A DNA stretch of 63,246 nt, counting the filler, from Platydemus manokwari (lineage: Eukaryota), in NCBI GenBank assembly GCA_037951405.1. It is 5 parts of 5 records of this genome, joined end to end, with 100 filler letters (N's around TTAATTAATTAA, not from the genome) between each part and the next. Parts side by side here need not be neighbours in the genome. Positions count along the whole stretch, not along the records: positions 33,355 to 43,956 come from JBBMOY011120885.1; positions 44,057 to 63,246 come from JBBMOY010077789.1; 3 more parts are not named here. One strand, written 5' to 3'. Every line of letters starts with the position of its first letter. The stretch's first letter is position 1. The notes under the pieces were generated by a model. The model saw nothing but the letters and a program-made list of their open reading frames with translations, was not told the DNA's origin and made no database searches. A program made the position numbers and the translations under genes. Positions 33,974 to 44,293 of the stretch are shown one piece after another.

Positions 33974-34645
33974 GAGTTTAAATTTCAAACTCTTATGTCA
34001 TTGATTTATTTTTATAACTATTTTAAGCCCAGTCTTGTTACGGATGAAACAATACAGATGGCCTTCCTTAATTTGACTAGAGATGAAAATGGAACTATAA
34101 AAAGTCATAGAGTGCCTTCTTCGTTGCAAGATTTATGTGGATCTCGAGATACTTTGAATAATATTAGTTTAAAATTTGTCTGGTCTCGGTATCACTATTA
34201 TATTTCTGGAAACATTCAAAATGATTCTTATAACGATGATCCTTTCGATGTTGAAGATATCCTACGAAAAGTATCAATTTGTTTTTCCACATCATTATAT
34301 CCATTCCTGGATATGTTACGTGGATTAGGCCTAGTTAATATTGGTCTAAGAATAACGATTAATAACGAAAATGTTCATTTCATTGTGGGTTGCTCTAAGA
34401 AATTTATTTATTCGGCATTGACCCCGGATCAAAGTCCTACAGAAGATCCCGATTCTAATCAAAGCTCTTACATTTGTCCTAAAATGGGAAATACTCGCAA
34501 GTTCCATTCGTTGTCAGTATGTGCACTTCCTGATATTTGCATTGAATCGTTGAATGAAGTTTTTGTTCCATTTCTTTATTCTCAAACTTCTCAAATTAGT
34601 GCAGGTTCAATGATTTCAGAATTAGAATTTCATATTATCGATTAA
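33974..34645 (+). CDS. SARA/endofin (ZFYVE9/ZFYVE16)-like protein, last coding exon (C-terminal DUF3480-type region)
   Basis: FSTSLYPFLDMLRGLGLVNIGLRITINNENVHFIVG ... LPDICIESLNEVFVPFLYS...GSMISELEFHIID* parallels the SARA C-terminus ([36 protein letters not shown]...LPSQYMNDLDSALVPVIH...ELIFYILE, recalled from memory). An in-frame acceptor TTTTCTAACAG ends at 33973. Upstream exons are not in this contig. Confidence 0.78.
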   Translation, partial: EFKFQTLMSLIYFYNYFKPSLVTDETIQMAFLNLTRDENGTIKSHRVPSSLQDLCGSRDTLNNISLKFVWSRYHYYISGNIQNDSYNDDPFDVEDILRKVSICFSTSLYPFLDMLRGLGLVNIGLRITINNENVHFIVGCSKKFIYSALTPDQSPTEDPDSNQSSYICPKMGNTRKFHSLSVCALPDICIESLNEVFVPFLYSQTSQISAGSMISELEFHIID

Positions 34646-35011
34646 ATTCAGGGTAAGAATTTAGTTATAAAATATATGTAAGCTTTTCTGTTTTTAATTT
34701 TATTTCTATTTATAATTTAATTTTATCTTCATAGTTGTTTTCAATGTAATTTTATCCAGTTCTGAAATCAATATTAATGTAAATAATTAATTCAATTTTA
34801 AAAAAATATACCAATACTACCTTTAGCACACATGTGTGCAACATCATATATTGAATTTGGAATGAATTTTTCAATTGTTTTTAATAATTAAAGTTTAAAT
34901 TGCCCACGTGAAGGATATTTGATTCATAATATTTTATTTTATAAATCTGTTTTGATTTTTAGGTATCGTTTTTAAAAATTCGAACATTACGAGTTATTTA
35001 TCATTAGTTTT

Positions 35012-35109
35012 TGTGTTAAAGAATTGTAGAATAATAATATTTATTAACTCAAAATTTATACAAATATTCCGGTATTTAAACAAATACACACACATATACA
35101 TATATTACA
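35012..35109 (-). repeat. 3' LTR (98 bp, TG...CA)
   Basis: Direct repeat of 38676-38768 with roughly ten substitutions plus a small indel. On the element strand it is directly preceded by a purine tract. Confidence 0.88.
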
Positions 35110-35122
35110 TCCTTCCGTCTTC
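35110..35122 (-). promoter_or_regulatory. Polypurine tract GAAGACGGAAGGA
   Basis: 12 of 13 bases are purines, and the tract abuts the TG of the 3' LTR. Confidence 0.7.
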
Positions 35123-38100
35123 GGAAAAGCTTGCGTCTAGGTAATTCATGTATCTTGTTGGCTTTTTATTTCTGGTAGACCTCTTCGTTTTCTCGCCAGT
35201 GTTTGGTAATGTCTCCATTTTTGAGTCATCATTTCTGTTGATGATGCTTTTCCACTTGTTCATACTTTCGATATTCGTATCATTGTCCATTTCTATATCA
35301 TCATTGCATTACTATCTCTATTTTAGATTTTTTTTTGCTTATACATTCTTTCCATAATGACTTGGCTACGTTTTCTGCAGTGAAATGCATTAATGGGATA
35401 AACGATACATATTTCGAAAAATAATCTATGATACCTAGTATAAACCGGTTTCCTTGCTTTGTGTCAGGATATGGTCCTGCAATATCGATACCAGCAATTT
35501 CAAATGGCTTATTTGTAATTATTGATTGCAATTTCGCTCTATTTCTTCCATCAATTACTTTAGCTGATGAGCGTTCAACACACGAGTGCAGCTTTCCTCC
35601 ATTTTAACCAATAAAATTATTTTTCAACAACTCCGGTTGTTTTCTCTATCCCGATATGCCCTAATTTTTCATAGGTCATTTGAACACAAGTTTTAATATC
35701 ACATTGAGGTACTATATACCAATAAATTCCATGTTTCTTATAGTAAAATGCATCACCTCTAATTCTCAAGTTTTCCTTCTTTTTCCACATATTTATATAA
35801 CAAGGACTTTTTGATAAATCTATGACATTTCCACTGAGAGTCGCATTTATCACCATTTTCAGTTTTTCATCTTTGTTTTGATCTAAAAACTTGTCTTGAT
35901 CCACTCGACCCAAAACTTTCTCATCTTCGTTACTCGATACATCGCTTTTTTCATAGTCCACTTTTACGTCTTATTGGTGAATTTTTCTGCTTTATAGAGC
36001 ATTTTTCACAATGTAATGATGTTTTCAATTTGTAAAAAGATACAGTTGCTAAATCGTTCCACTCAGGTTTACTCTCTTTCTTTAGTTATTGGTATAGTGG
36101 TTTGGTAATATTATCGAAATCCTTTATAAACCGCTTATAATAACCACATAATCCCAGAAATTCCTGTAGTTCCTTGACACGTTGAGGTTGTAACCAATTT
36201 TTTTATTATTTCAAGCTTGTTTTCATCTGTTCGTATGCCATTTTCGTTAATCACATGTCCTAAATACTGAATTTCTTTTCTTAAGAAAAAACATTTATTT
36301 GGAACCAACCTTATCGATTTGATTTAAAACTCTTTCCAACCATTCATTATGTTCATTGACCGTTCTTCTAAATATCAAAATGTCATCTAGATAGATTAGA
36401 CAGTTTGCCCAATTTTCAGCTTTCAAAACTACATTCATAAGCTCTTGAAAAGTAGCAGGTGCTGAACATAATTCAAAAGGCATTCGATTAAACTGTAACT
36501 GTCCATATCTAGTGCTGAATGCTTTTTTCTTTTGCTTCTTCCAATTCAACTTGATGAAATCCGTTTGCCAAATCTATTGTTGCAAAATATTTGGCTCCTT
36601 TTACAGCATCGAATATTTTTTCGGAATTTGGTATAGGAAAAATTGACCTGGACATAGCTGCATTTAGCTTCCTATAATATACGCACATTCTAGTCGTTCG
36701 ATCTTCTTCCTGACTAGCTTTAGTGTTAAATTCAATGCTGAATTACTTAACGTTAAAGCTGAATAATAACGTTTGATTCCAACATTCCGTCTATTACATG
36801 TTTAACTTCTTCTAACCCCAATTCTACGAGGTTTGACACCTATAGGTGATTAATGTTTGTTTTTATACTATGTTTCACGATCTCGTATTTTCCTAAGTCC
36901 TCTGGACCTGTATTATAACTATTTCTGTATTTCGTTAGAAATCCCATAAGATTATTCATCTAAGCTTTGTTCATTGTTTTTTAATCTTTCATCTAGTCTA
37001 CTTTCCCTCTTCGGAACATTAATTATACAACCCAACTGAATTCCTAATGCTGTGCTCGTTTATGTCATTTATCTCTTCTACCCAACCTAAATTCGTTCCA
37101 ATATATATTTTTGGTGCCATTCTAAATTTGCTTCAACCTTATCAAAACATACCCGTTATTTACTTTCATTAACGAATCAGCCATTATCAAATCCCTCTTC
37201 ACTATGTTTCTCTTATCTGCTACAAAAACATACTTCAAAAAACTATCCACTTTTCTTCTTTTTCCGTCAACAACCATAGCTTTTACAAAGTAATCACTAT
37301 CTTCCAGCAGCACATAATTCGCTAATATTACTCGTTTATTGTTCTGGATCTCCTCCTCTACTTCCGTCGGATTCCGACCCTCGAACCCGACCTTAAACGA
37401 TTTGAAGATTCTATCTGGGATTTAGAAAGAAAAGGTATCTCAATCCCTTTTATTTTAATGCAATCTTTACTTGGTATGACCGAAAGTCTATCTTTCCTCA
37501 ACTAACGTATTCGATTGAAGCATTCTGGGAATAGTTCTGGCACTACATCAAAATATTGAAATAATTCTTCTGCGCCAATTACTCTTAAATAAACTTGTTT
37601 TGAAGGTTTTATTATTTATCCATTGGAACATCTTATTCTGTTAGATCTCCCAATTTTGATTGAATCATCCTTTTTCATTAGTCTATTGATTAAATCTTCG
37701 CTTATTATATTAAGCTAACATTCGGCTTGGTTTAGCTCCTTGCCTATTCACAAACTGAATAATTGTCCTCGATCAAATTGAATTGTGCCTAAACTTTCTT
37801 GGCTTAACATGTTTCCGGTCACCCATATCCAACATATTACAATCTTTTTTAGAAATTGTATCTAAGCTCGAGACATTGTCCTCTTCTGATATGATGCTTA
37901 TTTCTTTGGTATTTAAGTATTTGACATCAGTATGCCAGAGTTTTTGCAGATGGGGACCTCCACATCGAAAACATTGAATTGTCTTACAAAAACGAGCATA
38001 ATGTCCTTTTTGTTTACACTCTAAACAAGTTACGTCCTCCATTGAATTATCTTACAATCTGATTTTCGAAGAGTTTTGGCGCTCTTTTTTGGCTATGTAT

Positions 38101-38663
38101 TTCTTGAGCCTTAAATTCTTAGCCTTTAATCTGCCAATGATGTCCTTTTCTTCTGATTTTATATGTTTCAGTTCCAACGGCATATCCAAATCTTCGGATT
38201 CTGGCTTCGAGACATCAGTTTCTTCTTTGATAAGTTTGACGGCTTCGTCTATATTCTTGGGGTTCAATTGTTTGAGGTCAAATTTGTAGCTCTTATTAAG
38301 AAGCCCTTTAATGAATGTCTTCTTAGAAACTTCTTTACTTTCCATATTAATTCCAGCAACAGAAATTTTGACTCTTTGAAAAGTCATTGGTGGACTCTGA
38401 CCGCCGTTGATAAAGTGTTCCGACCATCTTATATGGTGTCATGTCTGACTTCTTGTATATATCGACAGGAATTTTCTTGATTAAAGATAACTATCCTGTG
38501 TAACTTAAATAGGATTTTACTTCCGATTTTACACCAGTATCTACATATTTTAATATAAATTTGCTTCTCAAATTTTTCGGAGTTTGCATTGTTTCTGCAT
38601 ATTCGTCCATTGATGAAAGAAATTCTTCCACATTTTCACCATTGAAAATTAATCGAGATATTT

Positions 38664-38675
38664 GATCTATCACCA
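38664..38675 (-). promoter_or_regulatory. Primer-binding site candidate TGGTGATAGATC
   Basis: Starts with TGG (complement of tRNA 3' CCA) directly after the 5' LTR. The primer tRNA cannot be identified. Confidence 0.6.
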
Positions 38676-38768
38676 TGTGATAAAGAATTGTAGAATATTA
38701 ATACTTGTTAATTCAAAATTTACACAAATATTCAGTTATTTAAAAAAAATATACACACATATAATACA
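38676..38768 (-). repeat. 5' LTR (93 bp, TG...CA)
   Basis: Direct repeat of 35012-35109 (tgtg[a/t]taaagaattgtagaata...tcaaaattta[c/t]acaaatattc...cacacatata...aca). On the element strand it is followed immediately by TGG. Confidence 0.88.
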
Positions 38769-39152
38769 ATTTTCACGCCTATGTACTTGTATCCTTTACT
38801 TGATCGGTGATTAATATTAATTAGATTGAGAAGTGCTTTTCTTTATCTTTTCGATATTATTAAATACAATAGATATGTTAGTTTTGTTAATATTTGGTGC
38901 CATTGACGAATCTCGGAGTTTGTTGCCATTTGTTGGTATGCGCTAGTCGATTACGGAATTCTAAATATAGATTGTTATATGGGATGAATCTGATTGGGTA
39001 TTGTGACTTACGCTTATTGAATCTGTGTGTATTAACCATTTGAAGATTACTTCAATAGTTTCTTTAAACATTTTTGTTGTTTTCGTGATCCACACAACAA
39101 TAGCAAACCTTACATTACTGGTGTGATATTGCAATGTTTAATTTATGCACAT

Positions 39153-39344
39153 CAGGTGGCCAAGGTTTGGCAAAATTTAAAGTTATAATAATAAACTTAA
39201 AGGTTATAAAAATAAATATTGCATCAATTATATAATTATATAATTAGTCTTATAATGACATTAATAAGTTTCTTAAATTTGAATGTAACGATACAATTTT
39301 ATTATAAATATCTCCGTCAGCCAATTAATATTTAGTCACCTCTG
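39153..39344. mobile_element. Degenerate hAT-like MITE (~190 bp)
   Basis: Left end CAGGTGGCCAA; right end TTAGTCACCTCTG (reverse complement CAGAGGTGACTAA). No clean TSD. Confidence 0.4.
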
Positions 39345-42289
39345 GTATATGTAGTTAATATTTTATCTTTGACTTCAATGTTGAAAAAGAGAAGATTAAA
39401 GAATGCAGTAGAAATCTGGCATGTTGGAGTCGAAATATAATTTAAAAATAACTTCTTAAAAATATTGTATTTTTTTTATTTCGTACGATATTTAGCTGAT
39501 ATTCTATGATATCAAGTTTGTTATTGCCAAGAAATTTAACAATTTCCTCTCAAATATTCTGTGATACAAATAAAATCAGAAAATCCATGACATAATCCAA
39601 TTTAAAGTTGTTGAACGACTATAATTGAGTTTGAATTACGGTACTGTGGATTTGAAGTTCAATCCGATATTGATTAGTAGAAAGGATTACGAAATCGGTT
39701 TTGCTACTGAGATGATTCAATCAATAAATTATTATAAACATTATACATTCGTAGCGAAATTGTTCCTCTTTGACAAACTTTCCAATCCAATATTACAATA
39801 CATTACTGAAAATTTATTTTGGTTGTCTTTAATTGACAAATACATGCCATTGTAATGAACATTCTATTGGGATCTATTGTTAAGGCTTAGCAGTATGTTT
39901 GGAAAAAGTTGTGCTATTTTATTGTATATTTGAAAATAAATCAATATCAGGATTATTATGTTTGATTATTGATAAAGAATTGAATAATATTCATTTATAA
40001 TACAGCATTTTAATGAATATCACTTTCATTATTTTTCATTTTCCGTATTAATTTTTAATCACTGAAACTGAAAAAAGATTTCTATAATAATGATTGGAAT
40101 AATTTCAAATTACTCATTTCATTTCCTATTATCACAATCTGTTTATACTTTATTTACTGCAGGACTATTTGATCAATAGATTATATAGGAATTCCTATTA
40201 TAATTCCTAAATAATATATAGGAATTTAAAACTTGGTTTCGTAATTATCATTAAAAATGTAAATAAAAAAATACATCAATATCTGTGTATACAGTGAAGT
40301 ATTGTCTCGTTCGTGTTCGAATACGGTATGATTATCGTTTGATGTAATAAAGCACATGACTATCACCAGTGGTAAATTGAACTATCGTTATTTGCACTAT
40401 TGCATTGATGGTATTCGTATTTGTATTTCTTATCATTGTTTCAATTTTGATAAAATTAAACAGCTATTTAATGAAATTTTAATATTATCAAATTGTTATC
40501 AGTGAAATCAGTAAAACTATGATTAATATCGAAGTGTCATTACTTAATGACATCAATGTGACGATTTGATGACACTTGGTAGTTAGTTATTATTGATTAT
40601 CAGAAAAATTTATCATATACTACGCATTAATCTTCTGGTTCCTGTTAGTGTACTGTTTAAAATTTGTTATTGGAATGTAATGATATATTGACGGTTTAGT
40701 CATGCATGATATTTACCGCGTCTATTGAAAATTGTAAGTACCTGACTGACTAATTGCATAAAATCATGCCTTCGAATCTAATCGACTAAATAAATGTTAT
40801 TTCATAAATAATATTATTTAATTTATATTTTGTTTTTGTATTTTTATAAAATTATTTTATCTTAAAAAACAGCAAATGAGATTGATTGCAGATTTGCGAT
40901 TTACACAAGGGGCGGTATTTTAAGTTTTCACTTTTCCTGTATGTCGTTACGATTTTCATTGAAAATTAGAATGTTGGCAAATCTTTAATTATTTTATGCC
41001 TAGACAACAGTTGGAGAAATATTGATTTATACTGAAACAGTAAATGTAATAACTATGGACATATACGCACAAGGACATATTCATTTAACCATTATTCTTT
41101 AATAAACGATTTTACTAAATAATTGCTTGATGAAATAGTTGATGGAAATTAGTTTTGTATTCGATATTAAATCATCAAATTATTATCAAGTTTAATTTTT
41201 AATACATATGTTTTGTAAATATTTTTCTTATTTGAATTGATTAAAGTAATTAAGGTATATAATTTCATGTGACTTTTTAATTGACTCTTCTTTTAGGCTC
41301 CAATGTTTAAGATGAAATTTCATCTCTCGAACGGATTAGTTGGATAGGACTGTGATCATATTTATTGTTGACTTCAGATTACTCTATGTTATTCACAAAT
41401 GATTTAGTATTTGTCATGTTTCTCATGTTATCGATCTGTGTACTGTCAATTTGATTCTTATTCTTTTTTTTATTCTTATTAATTTTTATCGATGTTTTTA
41501 CAATGTTTGATTATTTATCTCCAAATTTAACTCTTCACATAATATTTTGCTATATATTTGATGGATTTTTAGGATGATCATTTATAAATCGATTAATTAA
41601 TTCAAGTCCATAAAATGTAAGAAAAGCTTGGATGTGTTTTGAGTTGCAATAATTTAATAAATTTTTACGATAAATCTTATTTACTTAATATTTCATGAAA
41701 AATCGATAAATCTAAATTTCCTATTAGTTATAGAAGCAATTAATGCTGGAGAAAGAAATTTAGTCATTCTATAATTGTTATGTTTGAATTGAGATATAAA
41801 TAAATGATTTTATTAATAATAAAATTGAAGGACTCAGGATTAACTATTAATATTATAATACACTTTTTATAAGTTTAACGTTTGTGTCTTCATCATTTCT
41901 TAAATTAGTTTAAATTATAGAACTTGGTTAATATTTATGAATATAATTAATCAGAATGAAGATGATTTGAAGTTTTTAATAATTCAATTGAATTCTATTA
42001 TTTTTATTTGTTGAACAAGTCACTTTAAAATTGCAATGTTTCTGTAAATTGATTTCTGTTGTAGTGTAGCTTAAATATTTTCGTTTTAAAAGAGTAATAG
42101 TGTTGAAAAATTTAGATTACAAACAAAATGTTCATATTTTGTTCTTTCATTCATCGTTTAATATCCCATAATGATCAATTAGCTTTTAAACTCATGCTCA
42201 GTTTTATTAAAGAAAAATATGTAGAAATTAATGAGTTTTCACGAAGTAAGGTTTGTTAGAATTCCGAGTTCGTCTTATTCCGTATTTGA

Positions 42290-43450
42290 ATTATAATAAA
42301 CTATGCTCTGATTCCAATGATCCATTACTGATTATTACCATAACGATCTACACTCATTTCAGAAGCAAGGTGTGGTTGTAACCCCAAATAGAGAAATTTA
42401 AAATTACAAATGAACTTAATAGATAATGAACAAATAATATTGATAACCAGATAAAATTGATATATTAAAAAATAAATATTTTTCTTTTAATTCTCTAACA
42501 TGCTCACGTTCAGCTTCTAGTTGTATCGTTTTCTCATACTTCATTTTATTTTTAATATTGAAGATCTTTGCTCGTAAATCTCTAATAGTTTTTTAGCATT
42601 TAAGATCTCTATCAGTTAATATATTATCCTCTGAAGCTTTTAGTTAGAATTTCGCATAAAAATTGGCATGTGTTGTCTTTGAATTTTTACTTTAAATTGA
42701 GGATAAGTAGTATAAATATCTCTGAATTTCCAAAATTGAGGTTTAAAAGGTATGAACAAGATTGTTATAATATCTATTTTATTTCCATTCTTTATTCGAA
42801 TCTCACCCTTCAAGGTATCTTCTATAAAATGCTCAAATACCTCTCATAACACCTATTAAATAGATTAAACAGCCACTTATAATTTCTGATTTGATAGATT
42901 ATCATTATTATTATCAACTACATAAGAATAACTATTTCAACTTCGGACAGCTTTATTTTTAAATATTTATAATCAACATTATTTTCCAAAATTACTATAG
43001 TTCCACCTTCAATCATCATTATTTACATTCAAATTAATATCATCATTCATTATGCCTCGAGCAATAAATATAAATTTTAAAACTTAAACTGAAATTATCA
43101 TATACTTCTTTAAAACTCACCACGTTTCTTGCTTTCCACACACTTCCAAATATCACTAATTCTTTAATAGCTAAGATGTTACGCAAATCTTAACTTTTCA
43201 ATAATTTAAAATTTGAAATTTCTCACTTGAATTCATTTTTATCGAAATTAACCTTTCCTTATAATCTACAACCTCATTCAATTCTTAAAAGCCTATATCT
43301 TCGGAGTCTACTTTGATTTTGGGCTCTATAAGTCAACTGACAGTCTTTATTTCAATGATATTGATTTGACATATTTCAGGACAATATTTACGTGAACGTT
43401 TTTGCTCATTTCAAACTCTTCAAAGCACGCATCCTGAGACTAATTTATAC
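42290..43450 (-). pseudogene. Possible decayed gag-protease remnant of another LTR element
   Basis: EEFEMSKNVHVNIVLKYVKS resembles the start of the neighbouring gag (ETMQTPKNLRSKFILKYVDT). Downstream are a broken zinc-knuckle-like RCYE...EHFIED and a protease-like VMD...SEHSLL. Confidence 0.3.
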
Positions 43451-43956
43451 AAATCCACCATTATAATATCATCAACCGTTTCACAATATATTTCTTTATT
43501 GCCTTCTATTAAAAATTCTTAAACGAATTTTAAACGAATTTTTCAAAACAAATTCCAACTTAAATTTTTTGTAAGACCTTCTGATCTCTTTTACATTCAA
43601 TCTTTGAAATTCTTCGATTAAATCATCAAAATTTTAAAAATTTGTAAGTGACAATGTTCTTAATATATAATTTTGGATTCCAGCCAAAAATTCGTCAATA
43701 CTTTTAATAAGCTTGACTTTCTGCAAGTTTTATTCAAATGCTTTATCAGTTAATGAATACAAATTAATTCTGAATACCCATGCAGACTTATTAGATCTTT
43801 GATTTCTACGAAATTTTTTTGCGAAGGGTTGATATCAAGATTTATTAACTTTGAAGAAAGAACAGTTTTAAATAATTACAATTATTGGGTCTATAACTTA
43901 AAAACCGGAATTTTTTTAGAACAATTGAGTGTTTATTAAAGAAAATCTTGTACAAT

Positions 43957-44056
43957 NNNNNNNNNNNNNNNNNNNNNNNNNNNNNNNNNNNNNNNNNNNN
44001 TTAATTAATTAANNNNNNNNNNNNNNNNNNNNNNNNNNNNNNNNNNNNNNNNNNNN
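43957..44056. other. Artificial 100-bp contig spacer
   Basis: N run with central TTAATTAATTAA at 44001-44012. Confidence 0.97.
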
Positions 44057-44107
44057 ATTTAAAATTTTAATATTTTTTTAATTTAAAAATTAAAATTAAT
44101 AATTTTA

Positions 44108-44293
44108 NNNNNNNNNNNNNNNNNNNNNNNNNNNNNNNNNNNNNNNNNNNNNNNNNNNNNNNNNNNNNNNNNNNNNNNNNNNNNNNNNNNNNNNNNNNNN
44201 NNNNNNNNNNNNNNNNNNNNNNNNNNNNNNNNNNNNNNNNNNNNNNNNNNNNNNNNNNNNNNNNNNNNNNNNNNNNNNNNNNNNNNNNNNNNN
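44108..44293. other. Plain N gap or masked stretch (186 N, no linker)
   Basis: N run without the 12-mer, flanked by low-complexity A/T sequence. Confidence 0.9.

Larger units (their letters stand above)
35012..38768 (-). mobile_element. Degenerate Ty3/Gypsy LTR retrotransposon (Mag-like architecture), 3.76 kb, both LTRs present
   Basis: Order on the minus strand: LTR, PBS, gag (38676-37773; zinc knuckles CLECKQKGHYARFC and CFRCGGPH), RT (ATIDLANGFHQVE; RMPFELCSAPATFQ; LIYLDDILIF at 36295-36549), integrase (LGHIG; PFEIAGIDIAGP...IIDYFSKY at 35301-35531), RSTRNKKPTRY tail, PPT, LTR. Many stops and frameshifts, and no recognisable RNase H. Flanks GTTTT/ATTTT fit a 5-bp TSD with one mismatch. 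Confidence 0.93.
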
